From Eubacteriales bacterium (lineage in GTDB: Bacteria > Bacillota > Clostridia > Oscillospirales > CAG-272): DNA of 45,585 nt. The notes under the pieces were generated by a model. The model saw only the letters and a program-made list of their open reading frames with translations. It did no database searches and was not told the DNA's origin. Below are positions 25,140-33,153 of this stretch, piece after piece. The position numbers and the translations under genes were made by a program. The stretch spans positions 1 through 45,585 of the forward strand of contig JAZRCQ010000081.1 of assembly GCA_045659845.1 (NCBI GenBank). Reading direction: 5' to 3'. The first letter of the stretch is position 1, and the number at the start of each line of letters is the position of its first letter.

Positions 25140-26123
25140 ATGATTTCTTTGCTTGCACCGGCGCACGGCGCCACCGTTCAGCTGCTCAAACAAAAGCATC
25201 TGGAATATATCAAGAGTCCCGAGAGCTTTCCCACGGCCAAGGTGGATTGGCTCAATCTGATGGAAACGCAGGAGGATCGCTCCTTTCCGGAGCCGCTTCG
25301 CTTCGCTTATGAGCCTGCGGTGGACGGCGAGATCGTTCTGATCCGCGCCGACGGCCGCGAGCGCGTGTATCCCGCCTCGGCCGGGGAGGCCTTTCTCACC
25401 AATCTGCTGATCGACGAGGAGTATCAATGGTATGTCCGTGTGGGCGACGAGCGCTCGGAGCTTCGCCGGCTGCACACCTCGGCGCAGGCTCCTCGCATGT
25501 TGTATGTGGAGGGGATCTCAAACGTTCGCGATTTCGGCGGCTTCCGCACCGAGGACGGCAAGCGGGTGAGGCAGGAATTGATCCTGCGCACCTCGGAAAT
25601 GGACACCCACGTGCAGATCACGGAAAAGGGAAAGCAAACGATGGAGGAGCTTGGGATCCGCTTGGACGTGGATATCCGCGGCATCAAAAATGAGCCCCGC
25701 GGGCCGATCCTCGATGAGAAAAAGGTGAAATGGGTGAATTTTCCGTTGGCGGCCTATGCGGATTGCTTCACGGAGGAGCAGATGAAGCTTTATGGCGAGA
25801 GCTATGCGCTTCTGACGCAGGCGGAGAGCTATCCGCTGATCAACCATTGCTGGGGCGGCATTGATCGCACCGGTACGTGGCTCTATATTCTCGGCGGTAT
25901 GCTGGGAGTGAGCGAATCGGATCTGGGATTGGATTATGAGCTTTCATCCTTCTCCAAATGGGGAAGGCGGTCCCGCACCTCCGAGCAGTTTTTGGAGTTT
26001 CTCAAGGGACTGTATCGCTACGGCGACACGCTTCGCACCGCCTGCACCGAGTTCATGAAGGCCTGCGGTCTTTCGGAGGCACAGCTGGAGCAGATCAAGA
26101 GCATTCTGCTGGAGGAGCTATGA
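25140..26123 (+). CDS. Tyrosine-phosphatase-like (Y_phosphatase3, CX5R) phosphatase
   Basis: ISNVRDFGG and the P-loop HCWGGIDRTG (C-x5-R). An N-terminal extra domain of about 115 aa. No signal peptide. Confidence 0.7.
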   Translation: MISLLAPAHGATVQLLKQKHLEYIKSPESFPTAKVDWLNLMETQEDRSFPEPLRFAYEPAVDGEIVLIRADGRERVYPASAGEAFLTNLLIDEEYQWYVRVGDERSELRRLHTSAQAPRMLYVEGISNVRDFGGFRTEDGKRVRQELILRTSEMDTHVQITEKGKQTMEELGIRLDVDIRGIKNEPRGPILDEKKVKWVNFPLAAYADCFTEEQMKLYGESYALLTQAESYPLINHCWGGIDRTGTWLYILGGMLGVSESDLGLDYELSSFSKWGRRSRTSEQFLEFLKGLYRYGDTLRTACTEFMKACGLSEAQLEQIKSILLEEL

Positions 26124-26149
26124 GCCCCTCAACGTGAAAGGAAAAAAGC

Positions 26150-27913
26150 ATGAAACCACGCTTGAAGGATAAACCGTTTTATCTGAACGACGGGCAGATC
26201 TCCTGGGTGCAGGAGACGCTGGCTTCCATGACGGTTCGGGAAAAGCTCCATCAGCTTTTCTGCCTTGTCACCTATAGCGATGATGAGGAATATTGTAAAT
26301 ACCTCGGCGAAACCGTTCGCCCGGGCGGTGTGATGGGCCGCGTGATGAAGCTCGAGCAATGCGCGGCCGCCGTGGCCGCCCTGCAAAGGCGATCGAGGAT
26401 CCCTTTGTTGATCGCCGCCAATCTGGAGGCGGGCGGCAACGGCATCGTGAGCGGCGGCACGGCCGTGTGCCGCCCCATGCAGGCCGCCGCCACGGGAGAC
26501 GTGGAATTTGCCCGTCGGCTGGGGGAGGTCTGCGGTGTGCAGGGAAGTGCGGCGGGTGTGAACTGGTCGTTCGCCCCCATTATCGATATCGACTACAACT
26601 GGAGAAATCCCATCACCAATTTCCGAACCTTCGGCTCGGATGTGGAAACGGTGGCAAGCATGGGCGAGGCCTACGTCAGGGAGCTTCAGCGCCATGGCGT
26701 TGCCGCCTGCATCAAGCATTTCCCCGGGGACGGCTGCGACGAGCGCGATCAGCACGTGAGCCCCTCGGTGAACTCGCTTTCCTGCGAGGAATGGGATCGC
26801 TCCTTCGGCGAGGTCTATCGCCGTTGCATTGAGGCGGGAGCCATGAGCGTGATGGTGGGGCATATCATGCAGCCGGCCTACACGCGGCGCTTTGCTCCCG
26901 AAACCACCGATGCACAGATGCTTCCTGCCTCGGTGAATCCCGCGCTGGTCACGGAGCTTCTGCGGAAGCAGCTGGGCTTCAACGGCGTGGTGGTCACCGA
27001 CTCCACGGCAATGGCCGGCATCTCGCTGGTGATGCCGAGAAACGAAATGATCCCGCTCACGATCGCGGCGGGATGCGATATGTTCCTGTTCACCAAAAAT
27101 TTGGAGGAGGATCTGTCCTTCATGGAGCAGGGCTATGAGAAGGGGATCCTGACGGATGCGCGGCTGGACGAGGCCGTGACAAGGATCCTTGCCATGAAGG
27201 CGGCGCTGGGGCTTCCCGAGCGTCAGATCGAGGGCTTGCTTGCCCCCGATGCCGAGAGGCTGAAGGAGGTCATCCGCGAGCCGATCTATCGTCAATGGGA
27301 GCGTGAGTGCGCCGATCGCGCCATTACGCTGGTGAAGGAGGAGAAGGGGATTTTCCCCATCACGCCCCAACGGTTTCCGCGCGTATTGTTCTGCCCGTTG
27401 GATAAAAACGGGAACAATGCCGATGAAAAATCGGCAAACGGCAAATTTCTCAAGGCCTTGGAGAACGCGGGCTTTGAAGTGACTGTTTTTGAAGCGCAAA
27501 ACGTGACGGAGGGCAATATGACCTCGGTGAACGAATGGCAGGAGCGCTACGATCTGATCGTTTATTCGGCTATGGTGCGGGCGAGATACCAGCCCGTGGC
27601 AAGGATCGATTGGTCATCGCCGCAGGGCGCCAATATCCCCACGCTCTGCCACACCATCCCAACGGTGTTCGTCTCCTTGGAAAGCCCCTATCATCTGGTG
27701 GACGTGCCGCAGGTGCGAACCTATATCAATTGCTACAACGGCACGCAATCGGTGATCGATGCCTTGATGGAAAAGCTGATGGGCAAAAGCGAATTCACGG
27801 GGATCTCGCCCGTGGATCCCTTCTGCGGAAAATGGGATGCCGCCGTGAGCTTTGGGCCGCGGATCAATTTTGAGAAATATGACAAAAGGGGAAACCGTGA
27901 TGAAAACGATTAA
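26150..27913 (+). CDS. Glycoside hydrolase family 3, NagZ-type signature
   Basis: KHFPGDGCDERDQH (nt 26714..26755) fits the KH[FI]PGxG-x4-D-x-H box. GVVVTDS nucleophile region. No signal peptide. Confidence 0.8.
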   Translation: MKPRLKDKPFYLNDGQISWVQETLASMTVREKLHQLFCLVTYSDDEEYCKYLGETVRPGGVMGRVMKLEQCAAAVAALQRRSRIPLLIAANLEAGGNGIVSGGTAVCRPMQAAATGDVEFARRLGEVCGVQGSAAGVNWSFAPIIDIDYNWRNPITNFRTFGSDVETVASMGEAYVRELQRHGVAACIKHFPGDGCDERDQHVSPSVNSLSCEEWDRSFGEVYRRCIEAGAMSVMVGHIMQPAYTRRFAPETTDAQMLPASVNPALVTELLRKQLGFNGVVVTDSTAMAGISLVMPRNEMIPLTIAAGCDMFLFTKNLEEDLSFMEQGYEKGILTDARLDEAVTRILAMKAALGLPERQIEGLLAPDAERLKEVIREPIYRQWERECADRAITLVKEEKGIFPITPQRFPRVLFCPLDKNGNNADEKSANGKFLKALENAGFEVTVFEAQNVTEGNMTSVNEWQERYDLIVYSAMVRARYQPVARIDWSSPQGANIPTLCHTIPTVFVSLESPYHLVDVPQVRTYINCYNGTQSVIDALMEKLMGKSEFTGISPVDPFCGKWDAAVSFGPRINFEKYDKRGNRDEND

Positions 27914-28550
27914 GGCGATCATTTTTGATCTGGACGGCGTTCTGCTTTCCACGGATCAATATCACTATGCCGCATGGAAGGAGCTGGCCGATGAATTGGG
28001 CATCCCCTTCTGCGAAAAGGACAACGAGGCCTTTCGCGGCGTGAGCCGAATGGATTGCATGGAGCTGCTGCTTTCCAAAAAGCCGGAGCTGAGGCTGGAG
28101 GAGGCGGAAAAGGTGGCACTGGCCGATCGGAAAAACCAACGGTATCGGAGCTTGCTGGAATCGATCACGCCCTCCTTCGTGGAGGAACACGTGCGAAGCA
28201 CGCTGGCGCTTCTGCGAGAGCGAGGCTATCGCATGGCGGTTGGTTCCTCCAGCAAAAATTCCGGCTTTATTCTGGAAAAGACCGATCTGACCGCCTGCTT
28301 CGATGCCGTGGTGGACGGCAACAGCATCAGTCGCTCCAAGCCCGATCCCGAGGTGTTCCTGAAGGCGGCGGCCGCGCTGGGAGCGGAGCCTGCGGAATGC
28401 GCGGTGATCGAGGATGCCGAGGCGGGCCTGCTGGCGGCAGAGCGAGGCGGAATGCTCCCTGTGGCCATTGGCGAGGCGAAGCACTCTCCCTTGGCAAGGC
28501 AGGTGCTGGAGTCCTTTGCGGATCTGGCGGATATCTTTAAAAATAACTGA
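27900..28550 (+). CDS. pgmB: Beta-phosphoglucomutase (HAD superfamily)
   Basis: ATG 27900 lies 14 nt inside the GH3 3' end. Motifs IIFDLDGVL (DxDG), FRGVSR, GSSSKN, EDAEAG. Confidence 0.8.
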   Translation: MKTIKAIIFDLDGVLLSTDQYHYAAWKELADELGIPFCEKDNEAFRGVSRMDCMELLLSKKPELRLEEAEKVALADRKNQRYRSLLESITPSFVEEHVRSTLALLRERGYRMAVGSSSKNSGFILEKTDLTACFDAVVDGNSISRSKPDPEVFLKAAAALGAEPAECAVIEDAEAGLLAAERGGMLPVAIGEAKHSPLARQVLESFADLADIFKNN

Positions 28551-28565
28551 AATCGGAGAACAGAA

Positions 28566-29834
28566 ATGGCAGATAAATTGCAATGGTTCAGAGAAGCAAA
28601 ATACGGATTGTTTATCCACTGGGGGCTTTATGCCATTCCGGGCGGCACGTGGGAAGGGAAGCCCTCGCCTCACGGCACGGAATGGATCATGAAGAACATG
28701 AAGATCCCGGTTGCCGCATACAAGGAGCTGGCAAAACGGTTCAATCCCGTGGATTTTGATCCGTATTTCTACGTTCAAAGGGCGAAACAATGGGGAATGA
28801 AATATATCGTGTTCACTGCCAAGCACCACGACGGCTTTGCGATGTTCGACACCAAGGTTTCCGATTATTCCATTATGAACACGCCCTATGGAAAGGACAT
28901 CGTGGCACAGCTGGCGGAGGCCTGCCGCGCCGAGGGAATGACCTTCTGCATCTATTATTCGCAGATGCAGGACTGGGAGCATCCTCACGGCAACGGAAAC
29001 ACATGGGACTATGATCCCAAAAAGCAGGATTTTTCCAAATACTTCTATGAGAAGGCGCTTCCGCAGGTGCGGGAGCTGCTCACGAACTACGGCAAGGTTG
29101 GTATGATGTGGTTTGACACGCCCTACGATATGCCCATCGAGCTTTGCCGCGAGCTGGCCGACGAGGTGAGAAAATGCCAGCCCGACTGCCTGATCAACGG
29201 GCGGATCGGCTACGGCCTCGGCGATTTCAGAGAGGCCGCCGACAATGCCATTCCCGTGCTTTCCCTGGAGGATTGCTGGGAGGTTCCCATGACGCTCAAC
29301 GACACTTGGGGCTATAGCCACACCGACGATCACTTCAGAGAGCCCTCCGCCGTGATCCAGAATCTGGCGCGCATTGTGGGCAAGGGCGGCAATCTGGTGC
29401 TGAACGTTGGCCCTGATGAATTCGGCGGGATCCCCGCGCGCTCGGATGAGATCCTTTGCGAGGTGGGCGATTGGCTGGAGAAAAACGGCGAGAGCATCTT
29501 CGGAACCACCGGCGCACCCAATTTCCCGTATCTTTTGCCGTGGGGCGACGTGACCTACAACGAGCAGACCAACACGCTCTATCTTCACGTGAAGAACTAT
29601 CCGCATTTCCCCTATCGCATCCTGCTCACGGGGCTGAAGACCAAGGCGGCTTCCGTGAAGCTGCTGGGTAGCAACGAGCCTCTGCGCATTTCGCAGTCCT
29701 ATGAGATCGCAAGAGACGAGCATCGGCTCTACGTGTTCCTGCCCGAGAATTGCCCCGACGCCATCGACACGGTGGTGGAGGTGAAGCTTGTGGGAAAGGC
29801 TGAGGCGCAGGTGGTTGGGATCGCGAAAAAATAA
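28566..29834 (+). CDS. Alpha-L-fucosidase, GH29
   Basis: WFREAKYGLFIHWGLYAIPG and KHHDGFAMFDT are textbook GH29 N-terminal motifs. No signal peptide. Confidence 0.9.
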   Translation: MADKLQWFREAKYGLFIHWGLYAIPGGTWEGKPSPHGTEWIMKNMKIPVAAYKELAKRFNPVDFDPYFYVQRAKQWGMKYIVFTAKHHDGFAMFDTKVSDYSIMNTPYGKDIVAQLAEACRAEGMTFCIYYSQMQDWEHPHGNGNTWDYDPKKQDFSKYFYEKALPQVRELLTNYGKVGMMWFDTPYDMPIELCRELADEVRKCQPDCLINGRIGYGLGDFREAADNAIPVLSLEDCWEVPMTLNDTWGYSHTDDHFREPSAVIQNLARIVGKGGNLVLNVGPDEFGGIPARSDEILCEVGDWLEKNGESIFGTTGAPNFPYLLPWGDVTYNEQTNTLYLHVKNYPHFPYRILLTGLKTKAASVKLLGSNEPLRISQSYEIARDEHRLYVFLPENCPDAIDTVVEVKLVGKAEAQVVGIAKK

Positions 29835-29867
29835 GAACGCAAGCCGCACCGAAAAGCTGAGGAGGGA

Positions 29868-29896
29868 TTGACAAAGCCCACCTGCTGTGATATAAT
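29868..29896 (+). promoter_or_regulatory. Perfect consensus promoter with extended -10
   Basis: TTGACA (29868..29873), 17-nt spacer, TGaTATAAT (29888..29896). Confidence 0.7.
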
Positions 29897-29902
29897 GGGG
29901 GC

Positions 29903-30150
29903 ATCATTGAAGGCATCCTTTGATCAGCGCGTGCAAGGTTGGCTTTTGGAGCCGCGCCGTTCGGGGCGGCTTCTATATAAAGGTTTTCATGATCTGTGGC
30001 GCCGGCTGACCACAAGTTGAAGAAATTAGAGCATAGGGAACCGAATCGAGGAGCGCCTCTCGTGATCTGCCTGCGGGCAGGATGGCGGGAGGCGCTCGGC
30101 ATAAGCCCCCGGCAGGATGCAAATCGGGTGAAAAAAGAAAGCAACCCCCT
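29903..30150 (+). ncRNA. Candidate structured non-coding transcript or leader (class unknown)
   Basis: Lies downstream of the consensus promoter, with no credible ORF. Terminator-like hairpin GCCGCGCC-GTTC-GGGGCGGC + TTCTAT (29951..29978). A 47-nt hairpin GAGCGCCTC...GAGGCGCTC (30051..30097) has a nested CTGCC-TGCG-GGCAG. Confidence 0.3.
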
Positions 30151-30152
30151 TC

Positions 30153-30181
30153 TTGACGGGCGGCGGAGACCGTGCTATACT
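30153..30181 (+). promoter_or_regulatory. Promoter of the GDPD-esterase-rhaBAD operon
   Basis: TTGACG (30153..30158), 17-nt spacer, TGcTATACT (30173..30181). Confidence 0.6.
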
Positions 30182-30217
30182 GTAGGAAAATATAAGAAAG
30201 CATGAAGGAGGATATTC

Positions 30218-30925
30218 GTGTTTACCGTATTTGCACACAGAGGCGCCAGCGAGTATGCGCCTGAAAACACTATGAGCTCGTTCTTTCTCGGCCTGAAGCT
30301 GGGAGCGAACGGAATCGAGACCGATGTTCGCAAAACCAAGGATGGCGTGCTGGTTTTATTTCATGACGACACGCTGGAGAGAGTGACCGGCAGAGAGGGC
30401 GGCGTTGGGGACTACACCTACGGCGAGCTGCTGGAGATGCGCGTGAAAAACGAAAAAACGGGCACCGAGGATATCGTGGTTTCTCTGGAGGATTTTCTGA
30501 AATATTTCGGCTATCGCGATCTCACCTTCGCCATTGAGCTGAAGGAAAAGGGAATCGAGCGCGACGTGCTTGCCATGCTGGGAAAATACGGAATGCGCGA
30601 GAAGACCGTGATCACCTCCTTTGAATTCGATTGCATCAAGGCGGTGAAGGAGCTGGATCCCACCTGGCGGGTGGGCTACCTCGTTTCGGATTTCAACGAG
30701 GAGCGGCTGGAGATGGTTCGCTCCATCGGCGGCGAGCAGCTTTGCCCGCAGGCCAAGAACGTCACCGAGGAAAAGGTGAAGCTTTGGCATGAAATGGGCT
30801 ACAGCGTGCGCGCCTGGGGCGTGACCAACGTCAAGCACATGAGAAATTCCTATGATTGCGGTGTGGACGGAATGACGGTGAATTTCCCCGATCTTCTCGT
30901 TTCCTATGCGATCTCCAAGCAGTGA
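30218..30925 (+). CDS. Glycerophosphodiester phosphodiesterase (GDPD)
   Basis: GAAGGAGGA RBS followed by a GTG start. Motifs FAHRGASEYAPENT, IETDV, FHDDTLERVTG. Confidence 0.85.
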   Translation: MFTVFAHRGASEYAPENTMSSFFLGLKLGANGIETDVRKTKDGVLVLFHDDTLERVTGREGGVGDYTYGELLEMRVKNEKTGTEDIVVSLEDFLKYFGYRDLTFAIELKEKGIERDVLAMLGKYGMREKTVITSFEFDCIKAVKELDPTWRVGYLVSDFNEERLEMVRSIGGEQLCPQAKNVTEEKVKLWHEMGYSVRAWGVTNVKHMRNSYDCGVDGMTVNFPDLLVSYAISKQ

Positions 30926-30974
30926 AAAAACGGGTTCGGAATCAAAGAAACGGGATGGCAGAGAGGCAGGATCC

Positions 30975-31700
30975 ATGGAAATGATCAGAAGTGAATGGAA
31001 TGGCTATGAGCGGCTGGATTTTCAGCTGCTGGGCAGAAGAGCGATCCTCGTTTGCCCCAAGGAGCCGAGGCCGGATGGGAAATGGCTTTTGAAAACCGAA
31101 TATTTCGGGGCGTTTCCTGCCTTTGAATTGGATATGCTGGAGCGCGGCTATCACGTGGCGCATATCGATAACGTCACGCGGTGGTGCCTGCCGGAGGATA
31201 CCGATGCGCAGGCGGCGCTCTGCCGATTTCTGGCTGAGGAGAAGGGCTTGTGTGAGCGGTGCATGACGGTTGGCATGAGCTGCGGCGGTATGCAGTCGGT
31301 GTATCTGGCGGCAAAATATCCGCAGTACGTGGCGGCGATGTATCTGGACGCCCCCGTTCTGAATCTGCTCAGCTGCCCCTGCGGGCTCGGCATGGGAACG
31401 AACCGATTGTTTGAGGAGTTTCACAGAGCCACGGGAAAAACCATTTCCGATCTGCTCAATTTCAGAGAGCATCCCATCGACATGGTGGACGGGATCTTAA
31501 AAAGCGGGATCCCTGCGATCCTCGTTTGCGGAGACAGCGACGGCGTGGTGCCCTACGAGGAAAACGGCCGATGTCTGGCCGAAAAATATAAAGCGAGCGG
31601 CGTTCCCTTTGAGGAGTATCTGAAGGAAGGATGCGACCATCATCCCCACGGCTTGGAGGATCGGAGCCCGCTGATCCGATTTGCGGAAAACTATTACTAA
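30975..31700 (+). CDS. Alpha/beta hydrolase (esterase/dienelactone-hydrolase-like)
   Basis: Nucleophile elbow G-M-S-C-G, then CGDSDGVVP (Asp) and CDHHPHG (His). ATG 30975 is chosen over the upstream in-frame start at 30906. Confidence 0.6.
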   Translation: MEMIRSEWNGYERLDFQLLGRRAILVCPKEPRPDGKWLLKTEYFGAFPAFELDMLERGYHVAHIDNVTRWCLPEDTDAQAALCRFLAEEKGLCERCMTVGMSCGGMQSVYLAAKYPQYVAAMYLDAPVLNLLSCPCGLGMGTNRLFEEFHRATGKTISDLLNFREHPIDMVDGILKSGIPAILVCGDSDGVVPYEENGRCLAEKYKASGVPFEEYLKEGCDHHPHGLEDRSPLIRFAENYY

Positions 31701-31751
31701 CGGAAAGGAGACCGCGCGGAGTCCTTGGGACTTTGTGAGGTGGATCGGGAT

Positions 31752-33149
31752 ATGAAACGGTATTATCTGGCTGTCGATATCGGTGCATCCAGCGGACGGC
31801 ACATTTTGGGCTGCGTGGAGGACGGAAGGATCCTTCTGGAGGAGGTCTTTCGCTTCCGCAACGGAATGGTCGACCGCAACGGCAGAAAATGCTGGGATCA
31901 CGAATCGCTGGTTCAAAATATCATTGCGGGCATGAAGAAATGCCGCGAGATCGGCAAAATTCCCGTTTGCATGGGAATCGACACGTGGGGCGTGGATTTT
32001 GCGCTTCTGAACGGCGATGGAGCGCTGATCGGCGACATCGTTGGCTATCGGGATTCCCGCACCGACGGCATGGATGCGCTTGTGGAGAAGAGGATCTCTC
32101 CGGCTGCGCTGTATGCAAAAACAGGCATTCAGAAGCAGAGCTACAACACGATCTATCAGCTGATGGCCGTGCGGGAGCAGGCTCCCGAGGAGCTTGCGGA
32201 GGCAGAGCATCTTTTGCTGATGCCCGACTATCTGAGCTACCGTCTCACGGGCGTGAAGCATCAGGAATATACCATTGCCACCACCTCCGGCATGGTGAAT
32301 GCCGAGAGCGGCGCTTGGGATGAGGAGCTTTTGGAGGCACTCGGCTATCCGAGAAGGCTTTTTGGCAGGCTTTCTCTGCCCGGAGAGCCCGCGGGCAGAT
32401 TGTTGCCCGAAATTGCCAACCACGTGGGCTATGATCTCACCGTGATGCACGTTTGCTCTCATGACACCGCATCTGCGGTGCTGGCCGTGCCAACCGTGAA
32501 GGAGCAGTTTTGCTATCTCAGCTCGGGCACGTGGTCGCTTCTCGGAACGGAAAAGGCGGATGCCACCGTCACCGAGGCGGCGCGGGCGTATAATTTCACC
32601 AATGAGGGAGGCTACGGCAAAAAGTATCGCTTCCTGAAAAATATCATGGGACTTTGGATCATTCAATCGGTGAAGGCCGAGTCGGGAAGCTATTCCTTTG
32701 CGGAGCTGGCCGATATGGCCCGAGCGGTGGGGGAGACCGAGCTGCGCATCGATGTGAACGATCAATCCTTCCTTGCGCCCAAGAGCATGATCGAGGCGAT
32801 CCGAGCCTACTGCAAGCGCCCCGAATTGCCCTTGGACGAGCTGCTTTGCTGCGTTTACCACAGCCTTGCAGAGAGCTATGCGCAGGCGATCCGTGAGCTG
32901 ACGGATTGCACGGGCGTGCGCCCCGAGGCGCTCCACATTGTTGGAGGCGGAAGTCAGGACGGTTATCTCAACGAGCTGACGGCCGAGGCTTGCGGAATTC
33001 CCGTGCTTACCGGCCCCACCGAGGCAACTGCCATTGGCAATCTGCTTTGCTCCATGCTGGCAAGCGGCGAATTCGCCAACGTGCAGGAGGCAAGAGCGGC
33101 GGTGGCAAAATCCTTCGACGTTCAAACAATCCAGCCAAAAGGAGAATGA
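31752..33149 (+). CDS. rhaB: Rhamnulokinase
   Basis: FGGY-kinase N-terminus YYLAVDIGASSGRHILG. Length 465 aa. Located immediately upstream of rhaA and rhaD. Confidence 0.85.
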   Translation: MKRYYLAVDIGASSGRHILGCVEDGRILLEEVFRFRNGMVDRNGRKCWDHESLVQNIIAGMKKCREIGKIPVCMGIDTWGVDFALLNGDGALIGDIVGYRDSRTDGMDALVEKRISPAALYAKTGIQKQSYNTIYQLMAVREQAPEELAEAEHLLLMPDYLSYRLTGVKHQEYTIATTSGMVNAESGAWDEELLEALGYPRRLFGRLSLPGEPAGRLLPEIANHVGYDLTVMHVCSHDTASAVLAVPTVKEQFCYLSSGTWSLLGTEKADATVTEAARAYNFTNEGGYGKKYRFLKNIMGLWIIQSVKAESGSYSFAELADMARAVGETELRIDVNDQSFLAPKSMIEAIRAYCKRPELPLDELLCCVYHSLAESYAQAIRELTDCTGVRPEALHIVGGGSQDGYLNELTAEACGIPVLTGPTEATAIGNLLCSMLASGEFANVQEARAAVAKSFDVQTIQPKGE

Positions 33150-33153
33150 AGAA

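Noticed and set aside
23337-29849. Minus-strand ORFs 23337..25475 (712 aa), 26129..27499 (456 aa) and 27864..29849 (661 aa)
   Set aside because: They are antisense to the EEP, phosphatase, GH3, pgmB and GH29 genes, which all show catalytic motifs. The antisense products lack motifs and are rich in R/H/G/L.
29897-30150. Assignment of the structured leader to a known RNA class (cobalamin, c-di-AMP/ydaO, ZTP, T-box, SRP RNA, 6S, tmRNA)
   Set aside because: The diagnostic boxes I remember are absent. These include the B12 box with GGUGAAAUCC, the T-box sequence, the SRP GGAA tetraloop with AGCAGCC, and a tmRNA tag ORF. Only generic hairpins are seen, so the class is left unknown.
29996-30205. 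69-aa ORF in the 29835..30217 spacer (and overlapping minus-strand small ORFs)
   Set aside because: It has no RBS and runs across the predicted 30153 promoter. Its Arg/Pro/Gly-rich composition is typical of random GC-rich frames.
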